From NCBI GenBank assembly GCA_013265495.1, contig MU062262.1, forward strand, positions 2,046,001 to 2,110,000: a stretch of DNA of 64,000 nt, written 5' to 3'. Under the pieces are notes generated by a model. That model was not told the origin of the DNA. It did not search any database and worked only from the letters and a program-made list of their open reading frames with translations. Origin of the DNA: Vicugna vicugna (Eukaryota). The position numbers and the translations under genes are program-made. Each line of letters starts with the position of its first letter. The first letter of the stretch is position 1. This document shows, piece by piece, positions 34,368 to 47,542 of the stretch.

Positions 34368-37261
34368 CAGTTCCCTTTTCAGAACTTTCTGAATAGAGCA
34401 TTTTCCTGCAAAAATGATGATTTAGTTTTTCAATTGTGTCCCAGTATTAGAGCATGTTTTAAAATCTTAAGTTCTTTTGTTTGCTTGTTTTCCTTTGTAA
34501 ATGGAGAAATAACCTCACCTGTTCTCAGGGAAAATAAGATAAAGTAATACCTCTTTAAAAGTGGCATGAGTTTTGTTCCCCTCGGGGGTCAAATCAGTGT
34601 CTCCCTGGAAATAATTTCCGTTGTTGTTACAGGACCCTGCTGTATGTAGCTCCCTTACCTTAGTGCAAAATCTCTTTAACAGGGGTTTTCCTTGCCATAT
34701 AACATCAGGGAGACAATAGGGTTCCCCTGTGCTTGTTTCTAGGCCCTACAATGTCACTCTTATGGCTGCACAATACCTTTGTCCCTAAGTGTCCCAGATA
34801 TTTTTAGAAAATTTAACATAGCTATCTGTAATAAAATGTCATAAAGAGTTGGAGTCTTCCCTCAACCAGGCAAAAGTCTGATTAAAAAGATCTTGTGCTG
34901 GCCCTGAAGGTCAGTATTTATGGCACTATATTATTTATAAATAATGTGAGAATTATTATAGCAATAAAAGTTGGCGTTCCAAAGAATGGGCATATTAGGG
35001 ATGGCTAAATTATGATGACATTGAGATCATAGGTCACATCTGAAGCTTTCTTTCAAACCTATGGAAAATTACCACCAGCTTGACTGCAAAGCTACAGGAA
35101 AGTGTTGAAAGACATGAAGAACAATGGGAAATTCCTACACGCTGGAGGACTATGGAAGACTGAGTTGATCCATGGGGCTGGGAGCATGTTACCCAGAGAC
35201 CTGAGTAATTTAGCATTCTTTATCAGTCTCAAGACTGGCAACATTTCTGCCTAACTCCTCTCTCCGAATCTGAATAAATCCCTGCTTCAGTCAGTATTCC
35301 AATATCTCAAATAGAAATATACAGTTGAAGAAACCCCTGGAAGAGGATGAGATTGGATATTTTGTGTTTCATCCTTTCCAAAGAGAAAATGCTGAGTTAA
35401 TCACAAATCACAAACTGGACCCCAGCCTATAAACTTCTCTCCTCCCATGAAAGATTAGATAGCTCCATGGTGCTCTGTTCATACCACTATATGGCCACCA
35501 TTCAGACAATTGATAGGTTTAAAGAACAGCTATAGGAAAGTCTCTTTCTTCTTGAAAGAAAGGTTTAGAACGAAAGAATTGTTGGAATGCTCCACTGTCC
35601 CTGTGGAGATAGGGTCTACTTGATTGCTGCAGAACATGATCTTATCACAAGTCCTACAACTATTTTTAAAGAAGCACGCATTTGGAAAGACCATCCTTGA
35701 TGATGTCCCTACCTCACCCCTTCTCTGATTTAAATGCCTCAAACCCTAAGATCAGTTTCCGTTCAAAAGCTGAGCTAACAGGTGTTTATTACTCTAGGAA
35801 TCAAGCCAGTTTGCGAAGTTCAACTGTACTTCTGACTGATTCTGAAACTTCTGAGATGGGAAAGAGCCCAGAAAATGAGTTTTAAAGCCAGTTTTCTAAT
35901 CATACTGTTTCTGACGATGGGCAAGAAATTGATTTAGTTAAGAAAAGTGATTCTTGTGGCATCTGTAATCTAAGAACCACTAGGAGAGTTTCACTCTGCT
36001 GGATGATCTCTTTGCCCAAAAAGCATCAGAGACGCAAACAAACTTCGGAGCACTTGGGTGAAGCAAAATAAGCCTCTGATCCTTTGATAGATCGCCATTT
36101 CTCTCTGTTGTTTTCCCTATATTTTGGCACTCTAAATGTTTATTTTCTTTTCTTGGGGTTTGTTTCACACAGTGTAAAATCTCTGTAAATATTTTTTTTT
36201 CCTTTAGGGAAAATCCGTTCTTCACAGGTCTGTTAAAGTTCTTAAGCAACCTTCAGACTACTAATTATGTAGAGATTATGCTGGGGAGGAGGTAGATTCA
36301 ATTCAAGGATGATTACCATGTAATCTAGAGAGCATAAATAATAATGTACTTAGTGCAGAAGAGTTTACAAATGCACAGCCATTTCTTGGCTCTGTGTGCC
36401 TGGGGAAAGAGTAAGAAACTAAATGTTTGTGATTTATAATTCCTTCATCTCTGTTGGGACTTGTCATATATATGTATATATATGTATATATATATCTCCT
36501 CATGAGGATAAAAATGATCTTCAGCATTGCATGTTTCTTCTTCTTTTGACTTTCTGTACTCTTCAGGTCAGGTTAGGTGGCTCAACATTGGAATTTTAGG
36601 GTGACATTCTGAGGAAGCAGAAGCAAAGCCTCTAGATTTAGTTGGCTGGAATGAAAGTTATACCCTGTATTTCTATAAACTATATTTCTATAAACTATGT
36701 TCCTATATTATTTTCAGGTCCTACCACACATTTTTGCACTTTGGAAATACAGAAAGCTCTGGTTTCTCAGATTCAGGATTTAAGGTTTCATTATTTGAAA
36801 ATTCACTGCATACCCTCCTGTGATTTCAAATTCCTCCACTAAAATTAATAGTGGATTGAAAGATCCTAAAGAAAGGTGTTTAAAATTAGCATTTAATTGA
36901 GACTTTTCCCATAATTGAGCATGAAGAATTCCAAGGTATTGCAAAGAGAAAGCTGGCATGCCTCTGAAGTACAGATCAAATTTTTAGGGATTTGCCAATT
37001 TTAGGAAATCTGTAGTCTATTTCAACTAGCTCAAATAGGGAGGATATAATACATACTGTATTATTACTCATTGTGCTGACATTTAATTGATTTTGAATGT
37101 ATGGATTATTTCCCCAATTGCATCACAAGTTTATAAACCAGATGGAGCATATCTTTCAATTTTTTCACCTCTACTTGTACATATTTTCTTATGTACACAA
37201 AATTGACACAGCCCTCTGAAGCTAAATTATAGTTCATTGTAATAATTCAGGAAATGCACTA

Positions 37262-37570
37262 TCAGCCAGAATAGGCTACGATATGCTGTGGCAACAAATA
37301 ATCTGAAAATATATATGGCTTACAACATACTCATCTTCACCCTGGTAATCACCCTGGCATTTAAGCAAATAGAGCAGTCTCTATATGGAATATTGCTTAT
37401 ATCATATAGGGAAAATGAAAGGTATTTAACAATGTTGTCTCTTAAAGCTTCTGCTTCAAGGGAACAAGCATCACTTCTACCCACATTTCATTGGTCAGAG
37501 TAAGTCTTATGGCTACTCACTGAAGGGAGAGAAAGTGAAATACTGAGAAAACCATAATCTAATCTTCTAC
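37262..37570 (-). mobile_element. MLT1I/J-like MaLR LTR fragment
   Basis: ggcaacaaataatctgaaaat...ggcttacaaca...cttaaagcttctgc...catcacttctacccacatttcattggtcagagtaagtc. Confidence 0.55.
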
Positions 37571-39354
37571 AGGAGACATAGGGGTTGGGAAGAAGACATA
37601 TTGAGGCATTGTTGAAACTGTATATATCCTTCCAGGCCTAAGCCAGGCACTTAACAACCATTTTTCACCACTTCTCTGTCTCTCCTAACCTTGGGTATGA
37701 TTAAATTAATTGGTTAAGGAAAGCTGGTATGTAGTTCATGTGATTAATGCCTTGGAAAACAATTGCAGTAGATTGCATTGATTTGTCTCATTTTATATAC
37801 TTGAAATTAAAGGCTTATGAAGTCTACATGCAAATTTATGCAAAGTGGGATGCAAATTCACATTGTAAGCCATGAGTCCTGGCACTACCCCCTCCCTCTA
37901 GAAAAAGAACTGCACCACTGAATATGCATGTGCTGCATATGGTACTGCTCTTTTCAAATAGCAGCTCAGAACCAGCAGCCAAATAAATCCCGGTGACATC
38001 GACTGAGGAACAAACAAAAGTTTAAAGTCATTTAGGAACAAAAATTGAACTCCAAAGTCTCAATATTTTCAGGGTCAACATCTTCAAGCAAGATCTGAGT
38101 TAACAAATGCACTGTCTTTTGGACTTCAGGCTCTATATGGATAGGGCAGAGGCACGCTGTTGAACAAAAGAGGTACTGGTGGAACCCACCCCAGGATTTC
38201 ATTCTCTTGATTATTCGCTTCTGGTGATCACTTGGCTGGCTGGATCAAATAAATCTTCATTGCCACAAGCCAGTGCCCATGTGTGCTGACATATTTCTCC
38301 CTCATTTGTACCCATCAGTAGGAGATTCTGGTTCCAAGATTCAGACGGAGAGTGATTATTAAGATTATCTCAAAGAGAGGAACAAATTTTGCACCTGAGT
38401 GCTTGCAAGTCAGGCATAGGGGAAAATTAACCACTTGTAGGAATGCCAATTAGAAACAATATCTTGATCAGCCTGCAGGTGGTACTCAGATGATTCACTG
38501 AGTTCATTCTGCTCTTGTGAGACCCCCAGTTTTGCTTTGAACTAAGTACATGTAAAATATTTTTGGTGAATGTTTATAAATAAACAGCTATGGAGCAGTC
38601 TCATGAGGGTTCTTCTAATTTGATGCTAATGAATTCAACATTTACTCATCTAGTTATTCACTCATTTATCAAATATTTTTTGGTTAACTTCCAAGTACTT
38701 GGCAGGGACGGGGGGTACAAAACCAGATGATAGGCACCCCCTGCCCTCGAGGAGCACCAGCCAGCCTCCTGAGCTACCTGGAGTTTTTCATAGTCTCAGG
38801 GACACTCTCTTCGGAGGGCTTTTAAAAGTATTTCTTATGAATCACATTGAGAAATATGCCAGGTGAAAGGAGGGAGCAATGAAATCCTTTGATGTGATGC
38901 TTATGAACAATTGTTCATTACAGCAACTGCTTTTATAAAACTCTAGTCGGGAAAATATTTCTCAGTCGTAGCTTAGGTTTCAAACAACTTTTAGTACAAC
39001 AGAAGCATTTCAGATGTTCCCTGGAATTTGTCGTAATGGAGTTTGATCTATGAATTTAAAAATATGCCCAGTGGTTTAGATATTTTACTTATAAAACTTC
39101 CTTGGAGCAAAGGGAAATACAGAGGCTGTGTTGGATAAATAAAGTGACCTAGGGGCTAAGCTACCTATGTCTTCTTTATTTCCCTTGTACTGTGGCATTA
39201 AGACAATCATTCAAAAGATTGGCATGCCAGTGACAAACGTGCCTGAATTCCCCACATGCATCAATGCAGGAGAGTCAAGTCAAGTGACCATATAAGCTAG
39301 GAGGCAGCCTAATGAAAGCATCAATCTTCAAAAGAAGACTATTATTAGCAAAGA

Positions 39355-39550
39355 AATAATAATAATCATTATAATGGCCAGGTCGTATGTATCAAGTGTT
39401 TAAGTATGCGGTAAGCACTGGGATAAGAGCCTTTAATTGTTAGAGCAGCTCATTATGCCCATTTCACAGATTAGGACACTGAGGCTCAGACAGGTATGTA
39501 AAGGAGTAAGCCTAGTATTCGGCATTTGACTGTCCTCACAGCCTCTCCTT
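39355..39550 (-). mobile_element. MIR SINE
   Basis: cccatttcacagattaggacactgaggctcagacagg. Confidence 0.75.
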
Positions 39551-39835
39551 TCTCTTGATATTAACCTCTGCCTAGGAGAGCCTCCCTCCTTCATTTGAGA
39601 TAGGGAGGCTGTCAGCAGGAGAATCCACATCCCCTTGACTTTGGTGAAGGACAGCCTGCAGAAGGCTGCTCATGTCTGGCCTGTTCAGTGAGCACAACTG
39701 AGCCAATGTAAGGACCAAAGGGACTACTTCCTCTTTTATTCCTTTGACTAGAAAAAATCAGGGAAGCAGGAGAAGGGAAGGGATCCCTTTCTGGCTCCCC
39801 ACCTCTTAGCATTTTTAAAGTTTGCGGATACTACA

Positions 39836-40267
39836 TACAGTGGGTTGAGTTGTTAAAGTCCTAACCCCAGTACGTATGACTGTAGCCTTATTTGGAAATA
39901 GAATCTTGGCTGATGTAATTAATTAAGACGAGTTCATACTGGAGTAGGGTGGGCCCTAAATCCAGTCAGATAGAGATTTGGACACAGAGACACAGACACA
40001 CAGGGAAGAAGGTCATGTGAAAACAGAAGCAGGGATTGTTAGTGATGCAAGCTGTAAGCTAAGGGGCACCAGGGATGGCTGAAAACAGCCAGAAACTAGG
40101 AAAGAGTCACGGAAGGATTCTTCTCTGGAAACCTCAGAGAAAGCACGGCCCTGCTGACAGCTTGACTTTGAACTTCCAGCTTCAGAACTATAAGAGAATA
40201 AATTTCTGCCATTTTAAGCTACCTGGTTTGAGGTACTTTGTTATGGCAGCCCTGGGAGACTAAGATA
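39836..40267 (+). mobile_element. MLT1C MaLR solo LTR
   Basis: gtcctaaccccagtac...ccttatttggaaatag...tagggtgggccctaaatcc...tttggacacagagacacagacacacaggg...gagaataaatttctg. TSD ctaca/ccaca. Confidence 0.92.
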
Positions 40268-40272
40268 CCACA

Positions 40273-40640
40273 TTTCTTATCTCTTTCCATTATGTCCTAT
40301 ATTTTGCTATCACATTCACCAGTTAGCTCAGACCTTTATCTCTATTGGTTGAACTGTTACGGTGGGCTTTGCTCCAGTCTGGCTACAAAGTATTATTCCC
40401 TGTGCAGTGCATCTTTCCCAATGCTGCCAGAATCATTTTTCTAAAAATCAGTTCTGATTATGTCACATGTCTGCTGTTCAAAGTTTTCAGTGATCCCCCA
40501 ACATACAATACCCACAGCCTGAGACTCAAGGCTCCTTATTACAAGACTCTTACTTACCTGCTCACCATCCTGGCCTCCCACTTCTCTTTCATGCTGGTCC
40601 TAGTGTGCCCACAGCAGATACTCACAGTTATTATTATTCC
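40273..40640 (+). mobile_element. L2 fragment
   Basis: atgctgccagaatcatttttctaaaaatcagttctgattatgtcac...ttcaaag is a typical L2 motif. Confidence 0.65.
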
Positions 40641-40924
40641 TTAAACCTGAACTCAGCCCAAAAGATGGTTCAGCATGCCCCACCTATGAGCCTCATTTTT
40701 CCTCTTTGTTGTTCTTCCATCTTTACCTACCCCAGTCTCACTGAGGATTCTACCCTGTCTCTCTCTTTTTCCCTCTGAGGTCTATGGTTATCCTTCCCAT
40801 GCTTCACAAATGCCATCTCTTCACAATCTTTTTCACTTGCACTAACTTGGTGATCCCTTTCCATTGCCTGCACTCCCATCACTTTTCCCCTGAATTCATA
40901 ATAATGAACTCAGTTCTTTCCATG

Positions 40925-41120
40925 TACCATCTATTGTGCTAAGAGTTTAACTTAGATTATCACACTTCATCCTCACAATAAGCCAACTCTACTTACTAAT
41001 TTTACAGAAAAAAATGAAGCTTAGAATTAGTAAGTGTCTTTTTGAAGACTCACAGCTAAGAAATGGTGGCTTTGGTTTAAGGTCTGGGCTGTTGAAATTC
41101 CAGTCATGTTCCACACCAGT
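40925..41120 (-). mobile_element. MIR SINE
   Basis: cctcacaataagcc...aattttacagaaaaaaatgaagcttagaattagtaagtgtc...gactcacagctaagaaatgg. Confidence 0.7.
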
Positions 41121-43134
41121 AGACACATGCCACCTCTGTGATATCTTCCTTGCTCTTGAGTTATAGTAATGTTTCTTCTTATTGTATCATATTCTCTACT
41201 AGATTTTGAGCTCCTTGAGGTTGAGGTCTGCATGTAAGTCGTCTTTAGTTTCTCTGCAGGGCTTAATGTAGTGGAAAAGACTCAAGTTTTAGGCTTGACT
41301 CTGCTCTGAAGCAATAATGTGGCTTTGATGAATTGTATCACCTCTGTAGATATCTCTGAGGCCTTTGGTGACCTAAGTTTCAATGATTACTATGGCTCAG
41401 AGCTTGATTTAACTGAAATTAATTTCGAGCAGGTCTAGCCTTGGTTGATGCCTTGAAAGAAATTGGAAGACAAGAGCCTTTGGATGAAATGCCCATTAGA
41501 CTAGTTGTTTTGTTTTTTTTTTTCCTCCAGAAACATTGCTTAAAGCTTAAAATAAACACTCTCGTGTAAGACCCCCTTAAAACAGAGACAGATTATTTGC
41601 TAAAAGCAAGGTTGCTTAATTTTTTCTATTGTCACTTTAAATCAGATAGGTTTTCTATTTTTAACGAGTCTTAATTTATTAAAGCAAACTCCCCACACAT
41701 GATGTAAGGCATAAGATTTAGCAGTAGATTTTTAAGGCCAATTTTAAGGCCGTTGGGGTAGTATCGTGATGTTTGAAGATCATAATTAAAATGAGACATG
41801 AAAAACAAAAAGATTTCTCAGCTCTTCAACCATCAAAACATTTGGCGTCCCTTTCTTTCCTAGGCCCCAAATAGCCATGTAATCATCGCTCTGTGTTTTA
41901 CATGCAATTCTACAGCTAAGTACATCATTATTTAGACTCCGCAGATTATATGGTAATCATGGATTTACTGTAAACCCAATTTAATTTCTACGGAATTACT
42001 GACTTTAAGGTTGCAAAACAATATTGTTTACAAGGCTGTATAATAGCACTCAGAATGAATGCTAATTAGAGCTAATAAAGAAAGGAATGCATAGCTTTCA
42101 GGACTAAGCCTAAACATTATAGTGATTGATATGGTAATCAAGGCTTTTTAAGAGAGGACCTGTTGAACACCTACTCTTCAGTCTCCGTACTATAAAACTA
42201 AGGATATGGACAAAACCCGAAGATCATTGTATTATAAAATTCAAGAACAGTTCTCATAATGGATTACCTCATTTACTTTTATTTGCTTATTCTAACTAAT
42301 AACACTAATCCTGTATTTGGGGTTTCAATTTTTAATTAATAACCAAGATGTTGAATTTTTGAATAAGATAGTCTTAGAAGCATCTCTTTGAAACCTAAAT
42401 GGTGCACAGTCAATCCACTGCACACAAAATTTGCTCTTGGTATACTTTCCCTGTAACCAATTAAATGTGTCTGACTTTAGATATGTAGGTGGGGATGTGA
42501 ATAAATAAATGAATACTCCCAATTCAACAAACTTAAGAGATGTAGTGAACAAGAGGAAGGATACAGTTTAAAGTTTGTGGTGCTTCTTGGTCATAATCTC
42601 TGGTGAGTAAGCTTTAAGTGCTACAGAGATGAAGAGTAGCCTAAGGCATGAGTCAGACTGGTAGACCTTGTTTGAGGGTAGGGTAAGAAGGATGTGGGGA
42701 GAACTCATGCAAACATTGGAGTTTAAGTAGACCTTTGGCCAACTTTTGAGAAATCCAGATTGTAATTTAAAGAAAAGAAGAAAGGTGGCAGTCTCAAGGT
42801 GGGGGGGGCTATTTTATAACTTTTAAAATCTTCTTCCTTATGGTAGTAATTATATTCAAAAGCATCAAGCTACTAGGAAACGATGAGACTATTTTTAAAA
42901 TTTATTAGGGATTTTGTGCAGTAGAAAGAAGTTGCAAAGAGGTCAGGAATAGAAAGGAGGAAGATAAATTAAACCTCTTTTGGAAACAAGTACTCATGCA
43001 AACCTTTTCACTTATCAGGTTAAAATATCCCTGGAAATCAATGCCAGTGGTCCAGTTGCATTCCAGATAGTGAATCAAGTTGAAACCAGAAGTTCCTTGA
43101 TTGTAGGCATTCTACAGTGTTTTATTTTATTTTT

Positions 43135-43275
43135 CCCACACATTTACTCAGCCAATATTTAATGAGCTCCTACTGCATGGCAAGCACTGGGCTAGATGTT
43201 GGGGACTTAAAAACCAAAAGACAGATACGACTTTCCCATCGTTACAGTCTTCAGCCTAATAGAGAGATAACCAAC
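43135..43275 (-). mobile_element. L2 3' end
   Basis: cagccaatatttaatgagctcctactgcatggcaagcactgggctagatgttgggga. Confidence 0.7.
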
Positions 43276-43297
43276 AAGTTATGTTAAAAAATTTTAT

Positions 43298-43825
43298 ATG
43301 TTGCTTTAGTCATAACTCTAGGTTATAAGACAAAAACAAAATTCAAATTGGCTAAATCAAAGAGAATGGTTGGCTCACAGATCAGAACGGCCCAATGCAT
43401 TGGTCAAGGCTAAAAGAAGAGGGTTCAGAGCATCTATTCTGACTTGGTCTCATTCTTTCCATTATTCTTCTATAATGGTTCCTACTCAGGCAAACTTTCT
43501 CTTTGTGGTGACAAAACAGCTGCCAGTAGTTCCAACCTTGGATTTATCTTCTTAGTACCCTCACAGAAAGGCAATTTCTCTTCCCCTGTAGTTGCACAGA
43601 AACCCTGAGCTTAATTTGTATTTCTCAAAATTGAGTTACCTGCCCATTTCTGAGCCAATCATTGTAACTAATGGGCCAAGGCCCACCCTGAACAAGGTGT
43701 GGTCAACTCCAATCAAATTACATAAAGTGGAAAAAGAAGGGATGGTTTCATGAGGAAAACTTGGATAAATTACTAAAGAAGAGTGGAAAAACTCCCAGAC
43801 AGGCAGAAACAATAGACATCTACTA
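43298..43825 (-). mobile_element. MLT1K-like MaLR solo LTR
   Basis: ctcaggcaaactttctctttgtggtgacaaaacagctgccagtagttcc...tgcccatttctgagccaatcattg...aggcagaaacaatagacatctacta. Confidence 0.75.
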
Positions 43826-43954
43826 AAAACTGTATGATGTTAAAATACACTCACTGTGTTCTTACCTCTTTTCCCATGCACATAAGAAGCGTATTTCCAA
43901 TGGTAGTTACATTAAAATCACTTTAAAAGGTATTTTTGAGCATCTTTTGTGGTC

Positions 43955-44838
43955 TGTGATACTTAATTTTGTATGTCAACTTAGCTGGACTCACAGATGT
44001 CCCAAAAGCTGGTAAAACATTATTTCTGGGTGTGTCTATGAGGGTGTTTCTGGAAGAGATCAGCATTGAAATCAGAACACTGAATAAATAAAAACACCCT
44101 TTGTCAGAGGGCGTCTTTGAGGTGACATGATGGCAAGTTGACCTAAGAGCTGGACCAGAGCAATGGGAGGCTCCTCACCGACCCCTGCCCTGGAATGTGC
44201 ATATTTCCTTTGCCTTCCCCAACACTAGAAGCTTCCCCAGAAACATAGCCTTAAGATGTGTTGTTGAGACCATCTGGACTTTATATATGACAGAACCCAA
44301 TGAAGGCCTCTATTTAAACTTTTAAGCTTCTAATGGGCAAGTGTGGAGATCTACTTGTTTTGAAGTCACCCAAGACAGCCTTGTAGAAAATAAGATCTCT
44401 TGCTTATTAAAACTGCCACCTATCAACCTGGAGTGCTTTGCCTCTTTCTTCAGTCTTTCCTTGTCCTCCATGTACAGGGCCAGTTTACAAACCAGCACCC
44501 TCACCAACATGGGTGAGCATTATTCAACTTGTTGAAGGCCTGAATATAACAAACTGGCAGAGGAAGGTTGAATTTGCTTTCTGCTTGAGCTGGGACATCT
44601 ATCTTCTCCTGCCCTGGGACATTGGTTCTTTCTGCCAATTGGGCCTTTGAACTTGGACCAGGAGTTAACATCACTGGCCCCGGTTCTCAAGACTTTGGGT
44701 TTAGACTGGAACTACACACCACTGACTCTCCTAGGCCTCCAGTATGCAGACACCATAATCATGTGAGCCAATCTCTCATTAAATTTCTTTCTATATAACT
44801 GTATCCTATTGGTTCTCTGGGGAACCCTGGTTGATATA
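43955..44838 (+). mobile_element. MLT2B-like ERVL solo LTR split by a nested LTR
   Basis: tgtgatacttaattttgtatgtcaactt...gggtgtgtctatgagggtgtttctggaagagat...ccct, resuming as caccaacatgggtgagcatt...tgagctgggacatc...gaaccctggttgatata. Confidence 0.9.
44102..44497 (+). mobile_element. ERV1-class solo LTR (~396 bp), family not identified
   Basis: TG...CA termini (tgtcagaggg...aaaccagca), TATA-like tatttaaa at 44311 and ATTAAA at 44406. 4-bp TSD CCCT at 44097-44100 and 44498-44501, with one extra T on the left. Confidence 0.8.
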
Positions 44839-45879
44839 CAGTCAAAGTATTATTTTTGAGATACCAAAAAAATAAAAGCCAAAAGCTTGGGGTCTCTTTC
44901 AAAACAAAATATGTTCAACTGAAATGGTCTAAGATGTTCCAATATATGTAAAGTGATCTATTACAATTGACATGCTTAAGTGCTAAGTAAGGCATGAAGA
45001 CACTATGCTCTACTATAATGATTAAAAATAGCAACTATTACTTGTCCAATATTTCACACTTTAAAAGCATTTTGGTGTGTATTGTTATGAGTAATTGTAA
45101 AGTGAACCCTGTTAGGTTGTTGGAAAATATATTTTCATGATCCACATTTTCCCACAGGAAACATCTGAGGCAAGAAAGGACACAAAAGTCCAAAGTGAAC
45201 GTGAACAGAGTGAGGGGCATGCAGTCCTGGCTGTTACTTTCCCTCTTGTCTGAAGAGGGTCTGCTCCCTGCAATGGACATTCCTTGGTAGTCAGAAAGCA
45301 CAGCCAAAGTGCCCTGTCACAAAGTTGTTCTTTTCTATTTTTTTTTTTTGAAAGCTCACATTTTAGTTGAAAAATGTGTGTGCAGTTGCTTTCTATTCCA
45401 TAATATAGATATATAGATACTCTGACCCTGGCTTATTTGTGACTGAGTATCCCTAATGCACTTTGAACCATGGGCCTGTCATCCAAATTCACAAAGGGCA
45501 GCACAAGTTTGCAGGAACTTAGGGACCTGTGATGTTATTCCCGGGGGGCAGGAATTGTCATTTGCAGTCTTGATGAATGTGTCTAGCAGAGAGATAGTAT
45601 GAGGTCACAAAGTAGCACTCATTCCATGTGGACAACAATGACAAGAGAGTAAGTCAAGTTCCTCTTCATCCCCCAAAGTCCTTGAGAAAGAAGCACAGGC
45701 CAGTGGGGAAAAAAATCTGTATTTAGCAAGTTTCTACTATTTTACGCAGAACATCTATGCACTTCTTTGTGTTGTTATCATGTTTGCTCCGTTTCACGAA
45801 GAGATAAATCACACAGTATGTTCTACAGGTTTCAAGTTTGCTAAAAACAAACACAATTTCACAGCTTTCCAGAATATTT

Positions 45880-46100
45880 TATTGTTTAGCATCTTCCAGG
45901 ACTTTGTATTCACTAAATCACTTACAGTTTATTCCTTAATCATCACAGAATCCTTGAAGCAGTTTGGCCTGATACATTGCCAGTTCTGCTTTATGGATGA
46001 GGAACCTAAAGGGAAGTGATGTTCAAAGTTATGCACAAGGACCAAAGTTAGAACCCATAAGTCTCAATTATGGGTATGTTCCATTGACTCTGGCTTCCTC
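45880..46100 (-). mobile_element. MIR SINE
   Basis: tttatggatgaggaacctaaagggaagtgatgttcaaagttatgcacaagg. Confidence 0.6.
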
Positions 46101-46459
46101 TCTGCATATAAACCTTGGGTTTTTCCATAACCTCTGTAAGTTAGGTCAAAAGGACAAGTCTCTGTCTCATTCTGCCTGACTTATAATCTCTTATTGTCAT
46201 TTAGTAGTCTTGTGACCAAGGGTATGTCACAAAACCTGAACAAGCCTCAGTTTTCTCGCTTGTAAAAAGGAGAAATCAAGCCTGTGTTTCAAGTTGTGAT
46301 TACCTATAGCAAATGAAACAGTCATTATTGCAATTAAGAATTACCCCACTCTTCATTCAACTATTTCTAATCAACATCATTTCTCCAATTTTCTCATTCT
46401 CTTTCTCGTGGTAGATCATAAACCCATTGAAAAACATAGGCTTATAAATTGCTTTATAA

Positions 46460-46640
46460 TAGAGGTTCTCAACGTTAACTATACCCAAAATCAGTTGGGC
46501 AGCCTTTTGAAATTATCCATTCCTTTCTTCTACTCCAGGCCAATGAAATATGAATAAAAAAGAGGCAGGTCTCAAGCATTGTACTTTAAGAAAATCTCCC
46601 CAGATGGGTTCTACTGTGCAGCCAGTGTTGAATATCTTTG
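46460..46640. mobile_element. MER5B-like hAT MITE
   Basis: tagaggttctcaac...ctccccagatgggttctactgtgcagccagtgttgaatatctttg. Degenerate 8-bp TSD ctttataa/ctctatag. Confidence 0.7.
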
Positions 46641-47054
46641 CTCTATAGAGATGCCTGTCCCTCCTACCACCCACTTATAAAGCCATAGCCTTTTCCAAGA
46701 TGCAAGACTTCACCAGTTTGGGGCCCGATTAAAAGAAAAATAAATGCATAAAGTAAGACATACATGATAAGTCATTCATGTAAAAGATAGCAATTGGTGC
46801 TCCTTCTATACAATAAAATCAAAAACTCCTGGGATCTTCTGGAGAACCAGAAGGAATGGGGGCCACTCTGAGGACTTGTTCAAGTTGAATCTTTGCCACA
46901 TAGATTCCTCAAGATCCTGAGATTTCCTTATTTACAATACTTTTCCATTAGATGGACTCCACCATTAAGAGGTTCACTTGAATTAACAATAAAAAACTGT
47001 TTATTAAAAGAAAAAAAATAGTTTAAGGTGGATTTGTGAAAGGAACAGAAACTA

Positions 47055-47542
47055 ATCCTGCATGGGGCAGAGTTGCCCAGAGCCTCAGATGCCTGGACCT
47101 CCCTCCTGCACCCCACTCCCTGCTGTGGGGGCCAGACTGCCACCCCAGTGGGTCTGGAAGGCAGAGCATTGAGCCAGACAATTATTCTTGAGCCTTAAGA
47201 TTTCATGTAATTTGCCTTGCTGGATTTTTGGACTTACTTGGGGCCCATCACCCCTTCCTCCTTTTCTGTTTCTCCCTTTTGGAATGGAAATGCCTGTTTC
47301 ACCACTGTATTTTGGAAGCACATAATTTGTTTGGTTTCACAGGTTCACAGATAAAGAGTAATTTGGCCTCAGGATGAATCATACCTGGAGTATTACCCAA
47401 ATCTGGTTTACATGATATTTAGATGAGACTTTGGACTTTAGCATTGTTATTGGTACACATTATGACTTTGGAGGTTGCTGGGAGGGAGTTAATGTATTTT
47501 GCATTTGAGAAGGACATGAATTTTAGGGGTCCAGGGGAAGAA
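47055..47542 (+). mobile_element. MaLR internal region, 3' end (MLT1A/MST-int-like), including the PPT
   Basis: tctcccttttggaatggaaatg, tcagatgagactttggacttt and gagaaggacatgaattttaggggtccaggggaagaa directly precede the LTR. Confidence 0.85.
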
